Shown here one piece after another: positions 1 to 12,751 of a stretch of 40,469 nucleotides of DNA (position 1 is its first letter; each line of letters starts with the position of its first letter). This DNA comes from Curvularia clavata. Taxonomy: Eukaryota. The DNA lies in contig CP089279.1 of NCBI GenBank assembly GCA_023920165.1, forward strand, positions 2,976,001 to 3,016,469, in the 5' to 3' direction. Under the pieces are notes generated by a model that worked only from the letters and a program-made list of their open reading frames with translations, was not told the origin of the DNA and made no database searches. The position numbers and the translations under genes are program-made.

Positions 1-2391
1 TGGGATGCCCAGTTGCTACGCCGCGCTGGCAACCTAATGGGCGCCGAGTCGCGACACAAGGGCGCCAGCGTCCTCCTGGGTCCTACTGTCAACATGCAGC
101 GTAGCCCCCTCGGTGGCAGAGGCTTCGAATCCTTCTCAGAAGACCCAGTCCTGGCCGGCATATGTGCCGCTGCCGTCATCAATGGCATTCAGGATACGGG
201 GGTGCAAGCTGCCATCAAGCACTTTGTCGCCAACGACCAGGAGCACGAGCGCATGGCCGTCAATTCCATTGTTACACAGCGTGCCCTCCGCGAGATCTAC
301 CTATTGCCATTCCAGATTGCAGTTCGGGACTCCAATCCTGCCTCGTTCATGACTTCGTACAACAAGGTCAATGGCACCCACGTCAGTGAGGACAGCAAAG
401 TCCTCAAGGACATTCTCAGGCATGAATGGGGCTGGCACGGTCTAGTCATGAGCGACTGGTGAGCGAGTGTGGTCATTGTAAGGGCCTAGCTAATGACCTC
501 ACAGGTATGGCACCTATTCCACCTCAGAAGCAGTCAACGCAGGCTTGGATCTTGAGATGCCAGGCCCCACAAGATGGCGAGGACAGCTTCTTCACCACGC
601 CCTTGTTGCGAAGAAGGTCAGGCCCGATGTCATTGATGAGCGCGTTCGTGCTGTCTTGACTTGCATCCAACGCTCCATCGCGGCTGGTATACCGGAAAAT
701 GCTCCCGAAGAAGAGCGGGATACTCCAGAGACCGCTGCTCTGCTGCGTGACATTGCCAGCCAGGGCATCGTCTTGATGAAGAATGAACAGGATGTCCTTC
801 CATTCAAAAGAGATAAGAAGGTCTGCAAACTCACGTAATTGGCTACGCGCTTGCAGTACTGACAACCATTACCAAGGTTCTTGTCATCGGGCCCAACGCA
901 AAAACTGCCGTATTTTCAGGAGGTGGTTCGGCCTCCTTGAGGCCATACTATGCTGTTACTCCCTTGGACGGGATATCGCACAAGGCCGAGAATGTCGAGT
1001 ACACCGTAGGCTGCCACGCACACAAGATGCTTCCAGTCCTCGGTCCTCGTATGCGTACGGCTGAAGGACGAACCGGTGTTACATTCAGAGCCTTTACGGC
1101 CCCACCTTCAGATACTGATCGCAGAGCGATCGACCTGATCAATCTGGTTGATACCGATATGTATTTCGCTGACTATTACCACCCAGAGATAACAGAGGAT
1201 CTGTGGTGGGGCGAGATCGAGGGTTTTTTCACTCCAGACGAGTCCGGAGAGTTCGAGTTCGGCCTTGCCGTCTTCGGGACAGCGAACCTCTACGTCGATG
1301 GTGAGCACGTAATTGACAACGAGACAAAACAGCGAGGTGGTGGTACGTTCTTCAATGTCGGCACTATAGAGGAGACAGGCACGAAATTCCTCGAGGCCGG
1401 CAGATCCTATGAGATCTTAGTGTCTTTCGCCAGCGGTGCAGCATCTAAAGTCGAGGGAGCAGACGGCGTGGTATCGTTCGGGGGTGGAGGTGTCCGCATC
1501 GGCGGTGCAAAGCTCTTGAACGCCGATGAAGAGATCGCTGAGTCGGCTCGCCTCGCCATGAGCGTCGAACAAGTCGTACTCTGCGTCGGTTTGAACGCAG
1601 ACTTTGAGCAGGAGGGTCACGATCGCTTACACATGAAGCTCCCTGGCCGTACGGATGATTTGATCGCGGCAGTCGCCGCCGCCAACCCTCGAACCGTCGT
1701 GGTGGTACAGTCCGGCACACCAGTAAGCATGCCGTGGGCCGATACGGTGGCAGGCATCATGCAAACCTGGTACGGGGGTAACGAGACTGGCAACGCTATT
1801 GCTGACGTACTCTTTGGAGATGTCAATCCGTCAGGCAAGCTGCCCCTATCGTTCCCCATCTGTGTCGAAGACAACCCGGCTTACCTACACTATCGATCGG
1901 AGCGCGGACGCGTTCTCTACGGGGAAGATATCTACGTCGGCTACCGATATTATGAGACGGTCAAGAAGCCTGTCCTTTGGCCTTTTGGTTGGGGTCTGTC
2001 GTATACCAGCTTCAAACTCTCCAACGTCGACTGCGAGCAGGGCATACGCGGCGGGAAGAATGTGATTTCGGTTACGCTATCTGTCACTAATACGGGGCCA
2101 GTGGACGGCGCTGAGGTCGTGCAGATGTACATCGCACAGCGGTCCTCGTCCATCAAGCGACCTCAAAAGGAGCTGAAGGGCTTCACGAAGGTCTTTGTAC
2201 CAGCTAAGGCCACGAAGGCAGTACAAGTCATCGTCGAGAGGAAATACGCGACGAGCTTTTGGGACGAGGAGCGTAATCAGTGGATCGAGGAGGCCGATAC
2301 CTACGATGTCTTCATGGGCACGAGTAGCGCTGATGCCCGTCTGTCGGCTACGTTCAAAGTCAAAGCGACAAGCTGGTGGTCTGGGCTATGA
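1..2391 (+). CDS. GH3 beta-glucosidase with PA14 insertion and C-terminal Fn3-like domain (5' end lies before the window)
   Basis: Motifs [41 protein letters not shown], nucleophile region [39 protein letters not shown] introns 459-504 and 821-876 join three ORF pieces in frame. Confidence 0.95.
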
Positions 2392-2942
2392 GAAACCGTC
2401 CAATGAAGCCGTCACTTTGCTCAGCTAAGCCTGCAGCAGTAGTAGAGTCTCAATGAGTATGCTTGACAAGCGTCGTGTGTGAGTCGTGGCAAGTCGCAAG
2501 TGACTGAACGCTAGCCGTGCTGTCGAGTCAGCACGCGTGTTGCAGGTGAAATGTAGCTAAAAGGTGCTGTCTCAGCCCTGCCGCGTGAGGTTTGTCAGCC
2601 AAACTTCACAATTGAGGGGCGGCGTCACCGATCGCAGGAAGCGATGAACCGCGATCATGCTAGGCTCAACCGCACGGTTACGGCATCGCGCCCGTAGCGC
2701 ATTAGCGCCATTCACTAGGCAATCTGAAGATCCCGGATTTCCGCGGGCGCACGGGCTGCTCCGCTTTTCGCCTCGCCCCGTCTATGTTATCCCCTTGTTG
2801 ACCGCACAAGTACGCCATCCTACAGAAGCTTAGCGTGCAGCACTTCCTACAGACTGCAGCGGTTGGTCCTTGGGTATAGAAGTCTGTGACTTCACTCCCC
2901 AGTCCGGCCTTCGCCTTTGTGACGACTTTTTGGCACGCGACA

Positions 2943-5423
2943 ATGGATGCTTCGCTCCTTGACACCGACTGGATCTGGCACTCAGGTTGGATTGACCATG
3001 CGAAAGGGTCGGCTGGCGGTTTCGTGCATTTCCGCAAGCGATTAAATATCGGCGAGGTCCCTTTGGGTCCCCTCCGGATCCAAATCACAGCTGACACAAG
3101 ATACAAGCTGTATGTGAACTCGCAGATGGTCTCTGCCGGTCCTGTCAAAGGCGACGAGCACATGTGGTTCTACGATGAGGTGGATGTACAGCCGTTCCTC
3201 AGGAAAGGCATCAATCGCGTGAGCGTTCGAGTGTTGCGCTTCTATTATGCCACGCCCTACGCAACTAGCTTCCCTCGCTTACCTACCCCAGGCTTGTTCG
3301 TTAGGACCTCCGATCCGCAGCTCCGGAGGTGCTTCGGACTCCAGACCGATCGAACGTGGGAAGCTGCGCTGGATGATACGACGATCCTCCGCGTAGACCA
3401 GAAGGAGGATGATTTCCTGCATGTCTACGAGGATGTGAAGGCGTCGCGAGATGCAGTTGGATTAACCTGGGTGGCTGCGACGGTCTTGCGACTTTCGAAA
3501 TCACACGGCCTTGCTCCGCCCTGGAGACTCTCGCCCAGACTCATACCAGTCTCCACCTCGTTGCCCATACGGTTCAAGCGCATCAGCAAGCTTGATAGTC
3601 CCCTCCCACTAGCAGATTGGGAAGGCGTATTGCTGCCTGCCTTGGACCCTCCCAAGATCCTCACACTCGCTGCGGGCTCGTCACACCGTATTGAGATTGA
3701 AGCCGACCATCATACAACTGCTTCGCTCTCCTTTCTATTTCAAAGGCCCTTGGGATCCGGGAGTAATCTACGTGTCACCTACTCTGAATGCTATGAGGAC
3801 GAACCCGATCTGGTACCGTACCTTCGTAGGAAAGGTGACCGTACTGATAACCGAAAACAGCTCTACGGGCCCCAAGACCAGTATCACTTCGTGGGAGCAG
3901 CCGGCGCCGACATTGCCCACGACCTATCCTATGAACCAGGCGCTCGAGATCTCGAGATCTTCTCACCGTTCCACTTCCGTACACTACGGTTTATAGCCCT
4001 CGATATCGATGTCGCTCCTGATAGTGATCTGGTTTTCGTCGGTGTCAAAATGAGCGAGACACATTATCCGCTGGAAGTGCTGGGGGGATTCGAATTGCCT
4101 TCAGCTGATCCGCACGCGACCCCGTACAATACGATATGGGATAACAGCGTACGGACGCTCACGAATTGCATGCATGACTGTTATGAAGATTGTCCGTTCT
4201 ACGAGCAGCTCCAGTATGCCATGGATGTCAGGAGTTCCTGCCTATTCACGTATGCAATCTCAGGTGACGACCGATTGGCGCGTCAAGCTATCGTTCAACT
4301 GCACAATTCTTACCGTCCAGCATTGGGGCTCGTAGCCAGCCGAAGTCCGGCCCACCAGGTGCAGATTATCCCAAATTTCTCTCTCTTTTGGATCTGTACC
4401 GTTACAGACCACTTCGAGCACTATGCCGACAAGACATTTACTGGCCGATTCCTCGCAACATGCGACAGCATACTCGAATCTTTCGCCGGACGGATAGACT
4501 CGAAGATTGGATTGGTCGCCTCGAGCGACAAGGAGCTAGGGACGGCTTGGGACTTTGTGGATTGGGCTCCAGAGTGGAAGCCTATGGGCATACCACCACA
4601 ACGTACCGGCTTTCAGACATTCACCAGTATGCTTTACGCGGTCGCTCTGCAGCACATGGCGGCCACGGTGAGATGCATTGGTCGAGCAGCAATTGCGGAA
4701 GATTATACCTCGCGAGCCAATCTCATCATCAGTGCTATCCAGCGGCACTGTTGGAACGGAACGGTCTTCACAGACGGGCTTGTTGACGGCGCAGATTACT
4801 CCAGAGACATCAGTGAGCAAGTCCAGATCTGGGCGATTCTGTGCGGCGCTACGCAAGGCGTCGAAGCGCGCAATTTACTAACGCGCTGCTTACTGCAAGC
4901 ACAAGTGAAACCACTGCCTGAGATTGAAACCTCAAGCTCTATCACTAGAGCTTCCATGGCCATGTCTATTTACACTCTGCGCGCCATGTCACAGATCGGT
5001 GGATCCTTCTACGACACCCACTTTCATGATTTCTGGAACCCGTGGCGCGCGCAGATCGCGCAGAATATGACAACCTGGTGCGAAGACAATGTCAGTGTGC
5101 GCTCAGACTGCCACGCATGGAGCTCTGTACCACTGTACGAGTTTATGGTAGAGGTTGCCGGAGTGCGTCCTGCAGTGCAGGGCTGGGATCACATTTTGAT
5201 CAAGCCTCGGGTGAAGCTTTTCACGCAGTTCGATGCGAGGGTACCTCTTGGAGGGGTTTTGAGACCGGGGGTTGCACGTGTCAAGTGGCACAAGAGAGGG
5301 AGAACGCAAATCACGGTGGATATTGAGAATGCGCCTGTCAGCTCTGTGTTGATGCGGCTGGTTCTGCCAGATGATAGTTTTCATTTGCACAACGGACTGA
5401 ATGTTGTTGTACATTTGGATTGA
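2943..5423 (+). CDS. GH78 alpha-L-rhamnosidase (intronless, no obvious signal peptide)
   Basis: ITADTRYKLYVN N-terminal domain, YEDCPFYEQLQYAMD catalytic region, TTWCE..RSDCHAWS C-terminal motif. First ATG at 2943. Confidence 0.92.
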   Translation: MDASLLDTDWIWHSGWIDHAKGSAGGFVHFRKRLNIGEVPLGPLRIQITADTRYKLYVNSQMVSAGPVKGDEHMWFYDEVDVQPFLRKGINRVSVRVLRFYYATPYATSFPRLPTPGLFVRTSDPQLRRCFGLQTDRTWEAALDDTTILRVDQKEDDFLHVYEDVKASRDAVGLTWVAATVLRLSKSHGLAPPWRLSPRLIPVSTSLPIRFKRISKLDSPLPLADWEGVLLPALDPPKILTLAAGSSHRIEIEADHHTTASLSFLFQRPLGSGSNLRVTYSECYEDEPDLVPYLRRKGDRTDNRKQLYGPQDQYHFVGAAGADIAHDLSYEPGARDLEIFSPFHFRTLRFIALDIDVAPDSDLVFVGVKMSETHYPLEVLGGFELPSADPHATPYNTIWDNSVRTLTNCMHDCYEDCPFYEQLQYAMDVRSSCLFTYAISGDDRLARQAIVQLHNSYRPALGLVASRSPAHQVQIIPNFSLFWICTVTDHFEHYADKTFTGRFLATCDSILESFAGRIDSKIGLVASSDKELGTAWDFVDWAPEWKPMGIPPQRTGFQTFTSMLYAVALQHMAATVRCIGRAAIAEDYTSRANLIISAIQRHCWNGTVFTDGLVDGADYSRDISEQVQIWAILCGATQGVEARNLLTRCLLQAQVKPLPEIETSSSITRASMAMSIYTLRAMSQIGGSFYDTHFHDFWNPWRAQIAQNMTTWCEDNVSVRSDCHAWSSVPLYEFMVEVAGVRPAVQGWDHILIKPRVKLFTQFDARVPLGGVLRPGVARVKWHKRGRTQITVDIENAPVSSVLMRLVLPDDSFHLHNGLNVVVHLD

Positions 5424-6089
5424 TCAGCATGGACTTGCACTCTTGTCAGTGTATTTGTAAAGATTACATACTTTCCACAAAAGATTGACTGTGGATGCTC
5501 AAAGATCACCAGCATTGTGAAGAACGGCTCATTGAAATGGGATAACTTGATAGATGTGAGTCTGGGACAGCATGCGAAGGAAGGGTCAGTCGTTCTTCTT
5601 GCCTCTTAACTACAGAATAGTACGTCACGTGGGCAACCTGGCATCACCTCAGCCAATGCACGGTAATGAGGGAAATTTGAAGGCTTCTTGGAACACTGCC
5701 ACCCCGTCCCCCCTCCCCCCCCAAAAAAGCCGTTTCTGGCTGGGTAGTATGGAAAAACACGATTTACAGTAGTGTAGTGAACTCATTCTAGGGACTGTCA
5801 TACAAGTACGCAGGTATATACCTAGATAGTTGAATGGGAAACGAAACGTGAAGATGGAGTCTGGATCTGTCGTCAGGTTGCAAACTTGGTTAGTACACGT
5901 AAAGTACGCGAGACTGATAGTTGGACAAACTCACAGTCCAGACCATATCTTTGTGGCATCCAGTTGCTCTGACACAAGGCATGAAACTGTTCAATGATTC
6001 AAGATATGCTAAGTGGATTGCTTGATTCGTTCTAGAATGCTTAGTGTTGAACTCAAGGCTTTCTCAAGCGCCTAATAGCTTTCGAGTCA

Positions 6090-7050
6090 GGTCAGAGGCC
6101 TGCGAGTTAGTGAGGCACTGCTGTCTGCTAACGGTAATCCGATATTAGCTCGGTTCAACACAGCATGGCTATCGCACAACAAGAGGTAGAGCTTGGAAAG
6201 CATGTAGAGGGGATTATGTGTGCGGCGATAGATCAGCCCTACCCCTGATCTCCTCTGAGAGTCCACCGAGAACACCTTCCAATCAAGCCAGAGGTTTACT
6301 CTGTGCTTACATCCTGACCATTTTAAGGGCATAACAACAATGGGATAGGCCTCGCTTGGCTCAAACAGGTGTTTAGTCGCTTACCGTCTCATAGTGCTCG
6401 ATGGCCACGGCTCTCCTGTGATGATAGACTTTGTCAACAACTGCGATCAGAACAAGATGCTTCTGGCTGTACTTCCTCCTCATTTGGCCCACACGCTGCA
6501 GCCAATAACCAGATTGATGTTCAATCGTGTATCGACTAAGTCCTTTCAGGCAACAGTTCGCTGGAAATAAAGAGCCCGTCGCAGAATGTAGACAAGAATG
6601 AAATTGATATGGATCTGGAAATGAATAGCCGCTCACTCCACCATATCTCAATTGAGAACGCGCTTCTCCACTTTGAGAATATGCGTCTTCAAGAAACTCA
6701 TAAAGTTCAAGAGATTTACAAGAATAAAAGCAAAGCTATTCAGTTCTAAACTCGCAAGCACTATCGCGGCGGGGCTGAGCTCTACTCTCCTAGTGCAGGA
6801 GAGAAAGCATGCTCTGATAGGAGGGCAAGACGCAAGAGACCAAGGGCAGAAGGACTCAAAATGGCGGAAATATCGAGATTCGGGCATACTAGTAAGCTGA
6901 ATAATGAGAAGATGCCTTAGGAGAGGCGTAAGCAATAGGCGAGGGAGAAGGCAGAGCGAGACTAGGTTAGGATCAAGAAAGCTGGAGAAACAGCCAAACG
7001 CAAGGCTCAGAAAGAACATAGTAGGCTATTGCGCAACCCTGAAAAGCCAA
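6090..7050 (+). mobile_element. Degenerate pogo/Fot1 (Tc1-mariner, DDE_1) transposase relic
   Basis: Manual translation of about 6345-6525 gives IGLAWLKQVF...LIVLDGHGS.VMIDFVNNCDQNKMLLAVLPPHLAHTLQP, the DDE_1 signature. A K/E/R-rich C-terminal tail with stops follows at about 6830-7020. Frameshifted, boundaries approximate, TIRs not found. Confidence 0.75.
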
Positions 7051-7308
7051 ATAATTGACCTAAACAAGTAAGAGAAAGGCCTTACAATCCAAAGCCATGG
7101 TGATGAGGTGAAATGATGGTGCAGTGGCTGCTTGTCAAAACACACTGTTTAAAAACCAGTCACGTATACCATTCCGTTGATTATCTACATAGCACTACTT
7201 TGTGGACAACGCAGCAGATGCGCCGATCATTTCTTAGTGTTCCTGTTTGTTATGCTAACAGTGTATCGTAGGGGGGCGATCGATGATACGCTGCTGATGA
7301 TTATCCCC

Positions 7309-8935
7309 TTAAACTCTCAGCGCATTCTTGTCCGTCATCTCGATCTGAACCATACTATCTCCCTTCTCGGATACAACAATATTCCCAGCATCAAGGCCAT
7401 CGAAGAGGATGGCAATCTCCTCGAGAGAGGGACCTTTTGTTTCCGGATATACAAGCCAAACCACGAAGATCTCTATTATGACCCATGGTATAAAGATGAG
7501 ATAGAATTTCCATGCAATGACTTGGAGACCGATTGGAACAACGTAGGTAGATATGAGCGAGAAACAGGTTGAGAAGAGCTGGAAGCAGGCCTGACCCTGC
7601 ATACGAAGGCTGAAAGGTAATATTTCTGTAATGTAGAGACCGAGGTTGCCGTTTAGGCCAAGGTTGTATGCAGGGGAGAACAGGTAGAGGAACGCCACAA
7701 CGGCACCGCCGGCGGCTTTGTTTGATGAGTCGTTGGCAAACATGGCGCTGCCAGTAGTGATGCTGACCAAGCAGATCAGAATCATGGAAAGTGATGTCAG
7801 GAAGAGGGGTTTTCGACCAAACTTCTGGGGAAGGGTCGCAAAATACAGAGCGGAAAACCAGGAGAGCATCTGTTGAGTGGCATTGATCAGCGTCTGCTGG
7901 AGACTAGTGGTCAGACCAACGGTTGTCAGAACTGGGGAGAGGTAGTAAGAAATGAAAGCGTTGCCGGACATCTGTGCGGTGCAGGATGCCCAGAGAATGA
8001 TAAAAAGACGCTTTCGATTGCCGGGTGTGCGGAACAACTCTAGGTAGTTCTGAATCCAGCTGCCACGGTCGATCTTCCTCTCGTATTCCAGCGCGTTGCA
8101 GATCTCGTTGTACTCAAATTGCACAAGTGGATCCTGGATGTTGCCTTCAGCATGGTACTCTGCTAAAATCGCAAGCGCCTCCTTGTTGCGATCGCGAGAC
8201 ACCAACCAACGAGGGCTCTCGGGTACGAACCACAGGCCAAGGAGTTGGATAACAGAAGGAAGGCCTTGGAGAGCTGATGGAATACGCCACGAAGCGCTGG
8301 ACTCAATGCGGAATGTACCGAATGTAGTCCACCCGGCGACGATAGCACCAAGAGCGTAGGAGGTATTGAACAGAGCAGTTGCGGTAGCACGGTGGTCAGG
8401 ATGTGCCGTCTCAGTGATGAGAGGAGCACCGGAAGCCCCAAGGAAGACGGTACCACAGCCCAGGATACCTCGAGCCACGACAAACATAGGTAGATTTTGA
8501 GCGCTGGCTTGAACAGCGGCTCCAAGTAGACAGATAGTTGCACCACATGCAAGACCGAAGCGACGACCGAATCTATCGCTCACTATAGATATGAAGGGGA
8601 TGGCGCAGAGTCCTCCGATAGGATATGCCGCATTGAAGAGACCGAGTGTAGAACCTTTCGGTTCGCCAAAGTAAAGTCGCCATTGCTCTACAGACTGGAG
8701 CCCATTCATCATGGAGCCATCAAAACTAGGTCGAATATCAGACATCGTTCTGTCATCTGCAACGGATGAAATGTGGCATATCGACTTACCCTTGCGTAAA
8801 GATGGAGAGCATAGGGATCATCAGGAGCAGGTTCAGCTTCCGCAAATTTTGCGACTGCCACCATTTCTCTGTGTCTACACTGCTAACCGGCATCACTGAC
8901 AGCGCAGGCGCAGCGAGAATCGAATCGGAGCGCAT
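7309..8935 (-). CDS. MFS sugar porter (lactose permease/cellodextrin transporter-like)
   Basis: Exon 1 MRSDS...IFTQG, intron 8726-8789, then GFDGSMMNGLQ. Motifs SDRFGRR, WRIP..LQ, PESPRWL, PETKG.SLEEI. Confidence 0.93.
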
Positions 8936-10241
8936 GGCGTGCCAACTAGGATTGTCGCACAGTCTCACAGATCGAGTAGTTAAGCGAGATAGTCCTCACT
9001 TGATCGCAACGGTGGAGGGAAGAGCAGAGGATAGAAGTCAGTTGAGGATCGTTGTGGTGGATGCCTCGTGGATGAGATCTAGCACTGTATGGGTTAATGA
9101 CGAACATTTAAACACGAGGAAGTTGTTCTCATGCATAACACGCGATGGCGCCAAGAGCGCAGAATCTGGGGTTGTGGGGTTGACCAAATCCTAATCTGTG
9201 GGAACATGAGTCTGCGGAAAGTCGGGACTTCTCAGGTCACTTTTCAAGGGTCCGAGTACAGAGCTGGTGCGCCCACCGCGGAAAGCCGGAAAGCCTTTGA
9301 GTCTAGAGTCTGAAGCCAACGCCATTGCGGAATAGCGTTCAACAGTTGCTAGGATGAGTGAGCTAAGAAGAATGCCAATCTCTTGCAGGGAAAGATCTCG
9401 CCTTTCCGCGTGAAGTGCTGTCAATGCGATCCGCCAGATCATCGATACGAACCAGCGTCGAATAACGGACTGTGCGATGGCTTTCTCCCCATGGCAATGA
9501 GTGGGGTCGGCAATAGATTCGTTGCCTGGCTGGACGTCTGATCCTTGTAACTCAACAGCTAATGTAGGTACGAAAATACACGATCCCTGGAGCAACCTCG
9601 TTACGCCTGAACGCCTGCTCTTCACGCGATCGCGTCTTCTATTGGTATCTTCGCATCAACGTTGACCGCATGAACCCAAGATCTTTTGCTATCTATGTCC
9701 GAGATGTATATTCTGTCTTTCACACGTACCATGCTCTGCAATGGTGTCTTGCAGCGTTATCGTGGCGTTGAGTTATGGGGTTGTGGAGTATAGATGCAAA
9801 GGACGCCTTGGCGCATTGCGGCGATCCAGGCATTGCGGCAATCCGCGCATTGTGCACACGAATCAGATAGGGAACAATCTATGCCACATTGATTGTTAAG
9901 CAAAGTGGTGAGTCTATTACGCATTAGATTCCTGTGCTGATATTGCGGACCAATCGTTGGGTACGAAGACACTATACAATTAGTAGGGTGAAGAAGCGCT
10001 GATAAATCGGAATTGCACAATCGAGCTTCGATGACCAAAGCATTGAAGGTAAAGTCCCTGGAGGACGATCGATACCAACGGACGAATGTAGCTCCGATGA
10101 GTGGCTCGCCAAGAGTAAGATCCCAACTCTCAAAGCCCGAGTGCGAACGCGGGACTTTCATGAATAAATAGTTTCTCTTTGAATTGATATCTGTTGTCCA
10201 GCTCATCCATCACAATCGCTTAGCTTGTTCTACTAGCCAAG

Positions 10242-11105
10242 ATGCCGACTTACGTCATTGTGGGAGCCTCTCGGGGTCTTGGAGTATGCATTTCCCTTTC
10301 ACAACTCACTCGCCTGCATCGCTAAGAATATTAGTATCAATACCTCAAGACACTCTCGAAGGATTCGGAGAATATCGTTATTGGCATCGCTCGTAACTCT
10401 TCCAAAGTGCAAACCCAGATCGATGCTGATGGCCTGCCCGGCAGCGTCCACGTGGTGCACGGTGACATGGCTGCAGCCGCGTCTATCACTGCTGCAGCCC
10501 GGTGCGTTTCTTCGATATCAGATACGGTCGACTATCTGATTATCAACGGTGCATACATCAATGATGGTGAAACATTTTTCATGAAACCATCAGATTTTAC
10601 GGGAAAAGAAGCATTGTTCGAGATGGAGCTAGGCAAAAGCATGGCCACCAATGCGTCAGGTGTTTTATTCACAATTAATGCCTTCATTCGCCTTGTTCAG
10701 AGATCGGACATCAAGAAAATCGTGGTGGTCTCAACAGGAATCTCCTCTCCGGAGTTCATCAGCACAGTTGGTCTTGTGGATGCACTTCCATATTCGATGA
10801 GTAAGACAGCCGTCAATCTTCTTGTTCAGAAGTTTGCGATAGAATACAAAGAGGAGGGAATTATATTCTTGTCTCTAAGTCCAGGGTTAGTCGCAACCGC
10901 AAGCGAAAGCTTGTCTACGATATCAGATGAGAGGCTCGCGGCATTCAAGCTATTGAGTGAAAGGTTCTTGAAGTACGAGCCCAACTTCACTGGGCCGATC
11001 TCGCCGGAAGAAAGTGTCGAAAAACAGTTGATGGTGATTCACAACATCACTCTCCGCGACTCAGGGGCGTTCTTGTCGCATCACGGTAATCAGAGATGGA
11101 TCTAA
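10242..11105 (+). CDS. Short-chain dehydrogenase/reductase (C-factor/CsgA-like)
   Basis: MPTYVIVGASRGLG, intron 10284-10334, then INGA, YSMSK (YxxxK), LSPGLVAT. Confidence 0.88.
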
Positions 11106-12751
11106 GATGATGTTATGTAGATCCTTTCAACTGATGTATCTTTTGACAATTCCACCATCAAATTACAATAAAACGTGAAAGTATGAAGCCTGTAGCAAGG
11201 TCGCCCCTAGGCCAAAGTGTTTCTACTCACTCCCTTCCCTTGCAGACTTGCACCCTTTCTTCTGTCGACCTGTTCATAACTGCGGCCTGTTTATACTTTT
11301 CAATATTCATTTTTAGTTCATCATCTATTTGAATTCAAGATACGGATCATGTACAAATCTGCAGGCTGGTTACAGTCATGCATTGTCAATGCGCTGGGTT
11401 GGATGGGGTTTATCAGACTCCAGTTATAGGAGATGACCCGAGAATTGACTAAGAGTGGCGGCAGACACTTTATATGAGTTTGATGGGCCACCAAATGGAC
11501 TTACACTACAAGTGTAAAGTAGCGACAACAGAAGCTGACGGGCATGGGCAAGTAAACTTTGTGGCTTGCCGTTATCGACCCGTAACCCTCTCATCAACTA
11601 TTTGCTGGCTTCTGCCCAACTATAAGATTGGATCTACGATTCGTAAAGTACGAAAATGATTCTTGTTTGCATTACTGTGTTCGAGACAGATTCAATCGCG
11701 AAGAGATTGGATTGGGCAAGACACGAGATCGTGTAAGTCAAGTGATCTCATCACCATCAGTTGTCTAGAAGTTTCGGCCGGTTGCAAGGTCAGACTGTCC
11801 TTGAAGTGTGGCTCACGAATATTCGAACGCATATTTCGGAGCAGGACGACATGCCACTCAGGCTTCTATTGAAGCAAAAGTTGTGGTTGACTCAGCGTCA
11901 ACACTGCAAGTTTGATATCTTGCAAATAGCAATGGACCATGCGATCCTAGTCAAAAGCATACTAAACTCGGTCGATTATGAAGAACCACTCATCATCAAC
12001 TTCTTTTTTCTGTTCCTATCTTAGGATCGTACATGTGACGAGAGGAGTTTATTTCAGTCGCTGCATGACATGTCTGCCAAGTCAGTAGCACCAGGGGTTA
12101 TCTCTGTAAGTAATTCTAGTGCAGATATGTTGCAAGATCTGCCTTAGCAGTTCGTCGTCCGAATGAAGAAGAAGGGCTGTTTCAGAGGGCGTCGGGATTG
12201 GCATGCACTGCGAAGAGCCATGTACAATATCCGCTTCTGTATTCTGGACTTTCTGCCTTTATTGAGCAGTCAGCAAACTATTCTCTAGTTGAGTAGTACT
12301 AGACGTGTTGCTTTTGTCATCGCTATAAGTCGACAGGATTTATGTAAGTGAGATTTTTAAAACTCCTTGGATGTGTCATTACCTCCAAATTCCCTTATTG
12401 TGAACTTTACCGGCGACATCCTGGTGGAATCTCGCAGCGACTAAGTAATTAATTAGCGACAGCTGGGAATATTCAGTGCTATAACCAGCTTCCATGAATC
12501 AAGTTAAAGATTGTGAGCTAAACGACATACAAATAGGCAGAGACACAATCTGGCCAGCGCAACAACTTATTCCACGTCGAGCCGTGCCAGTCTAAGTAGG
12601 AACGATATAGAATGTGGCATAAGCATATTTTCAAACATTAATCAGCAGACGATTAGCGCATACTGTATTTGTTACATCGCTCTAGAAGATTGAAGATAAA
12701 AACAAAGGTTCTAAAGTCCTGCTAGAATGCTAACGCTCGTGCAACGCCGCC

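Noticed and set aside
8766..10206. 142-149 aa ORFs in the transporter/SDR intergenic region and other antisense ORFs over real genes
   Set aside because: They have no recognisable motifs and are best explained as shadow or chance frames.
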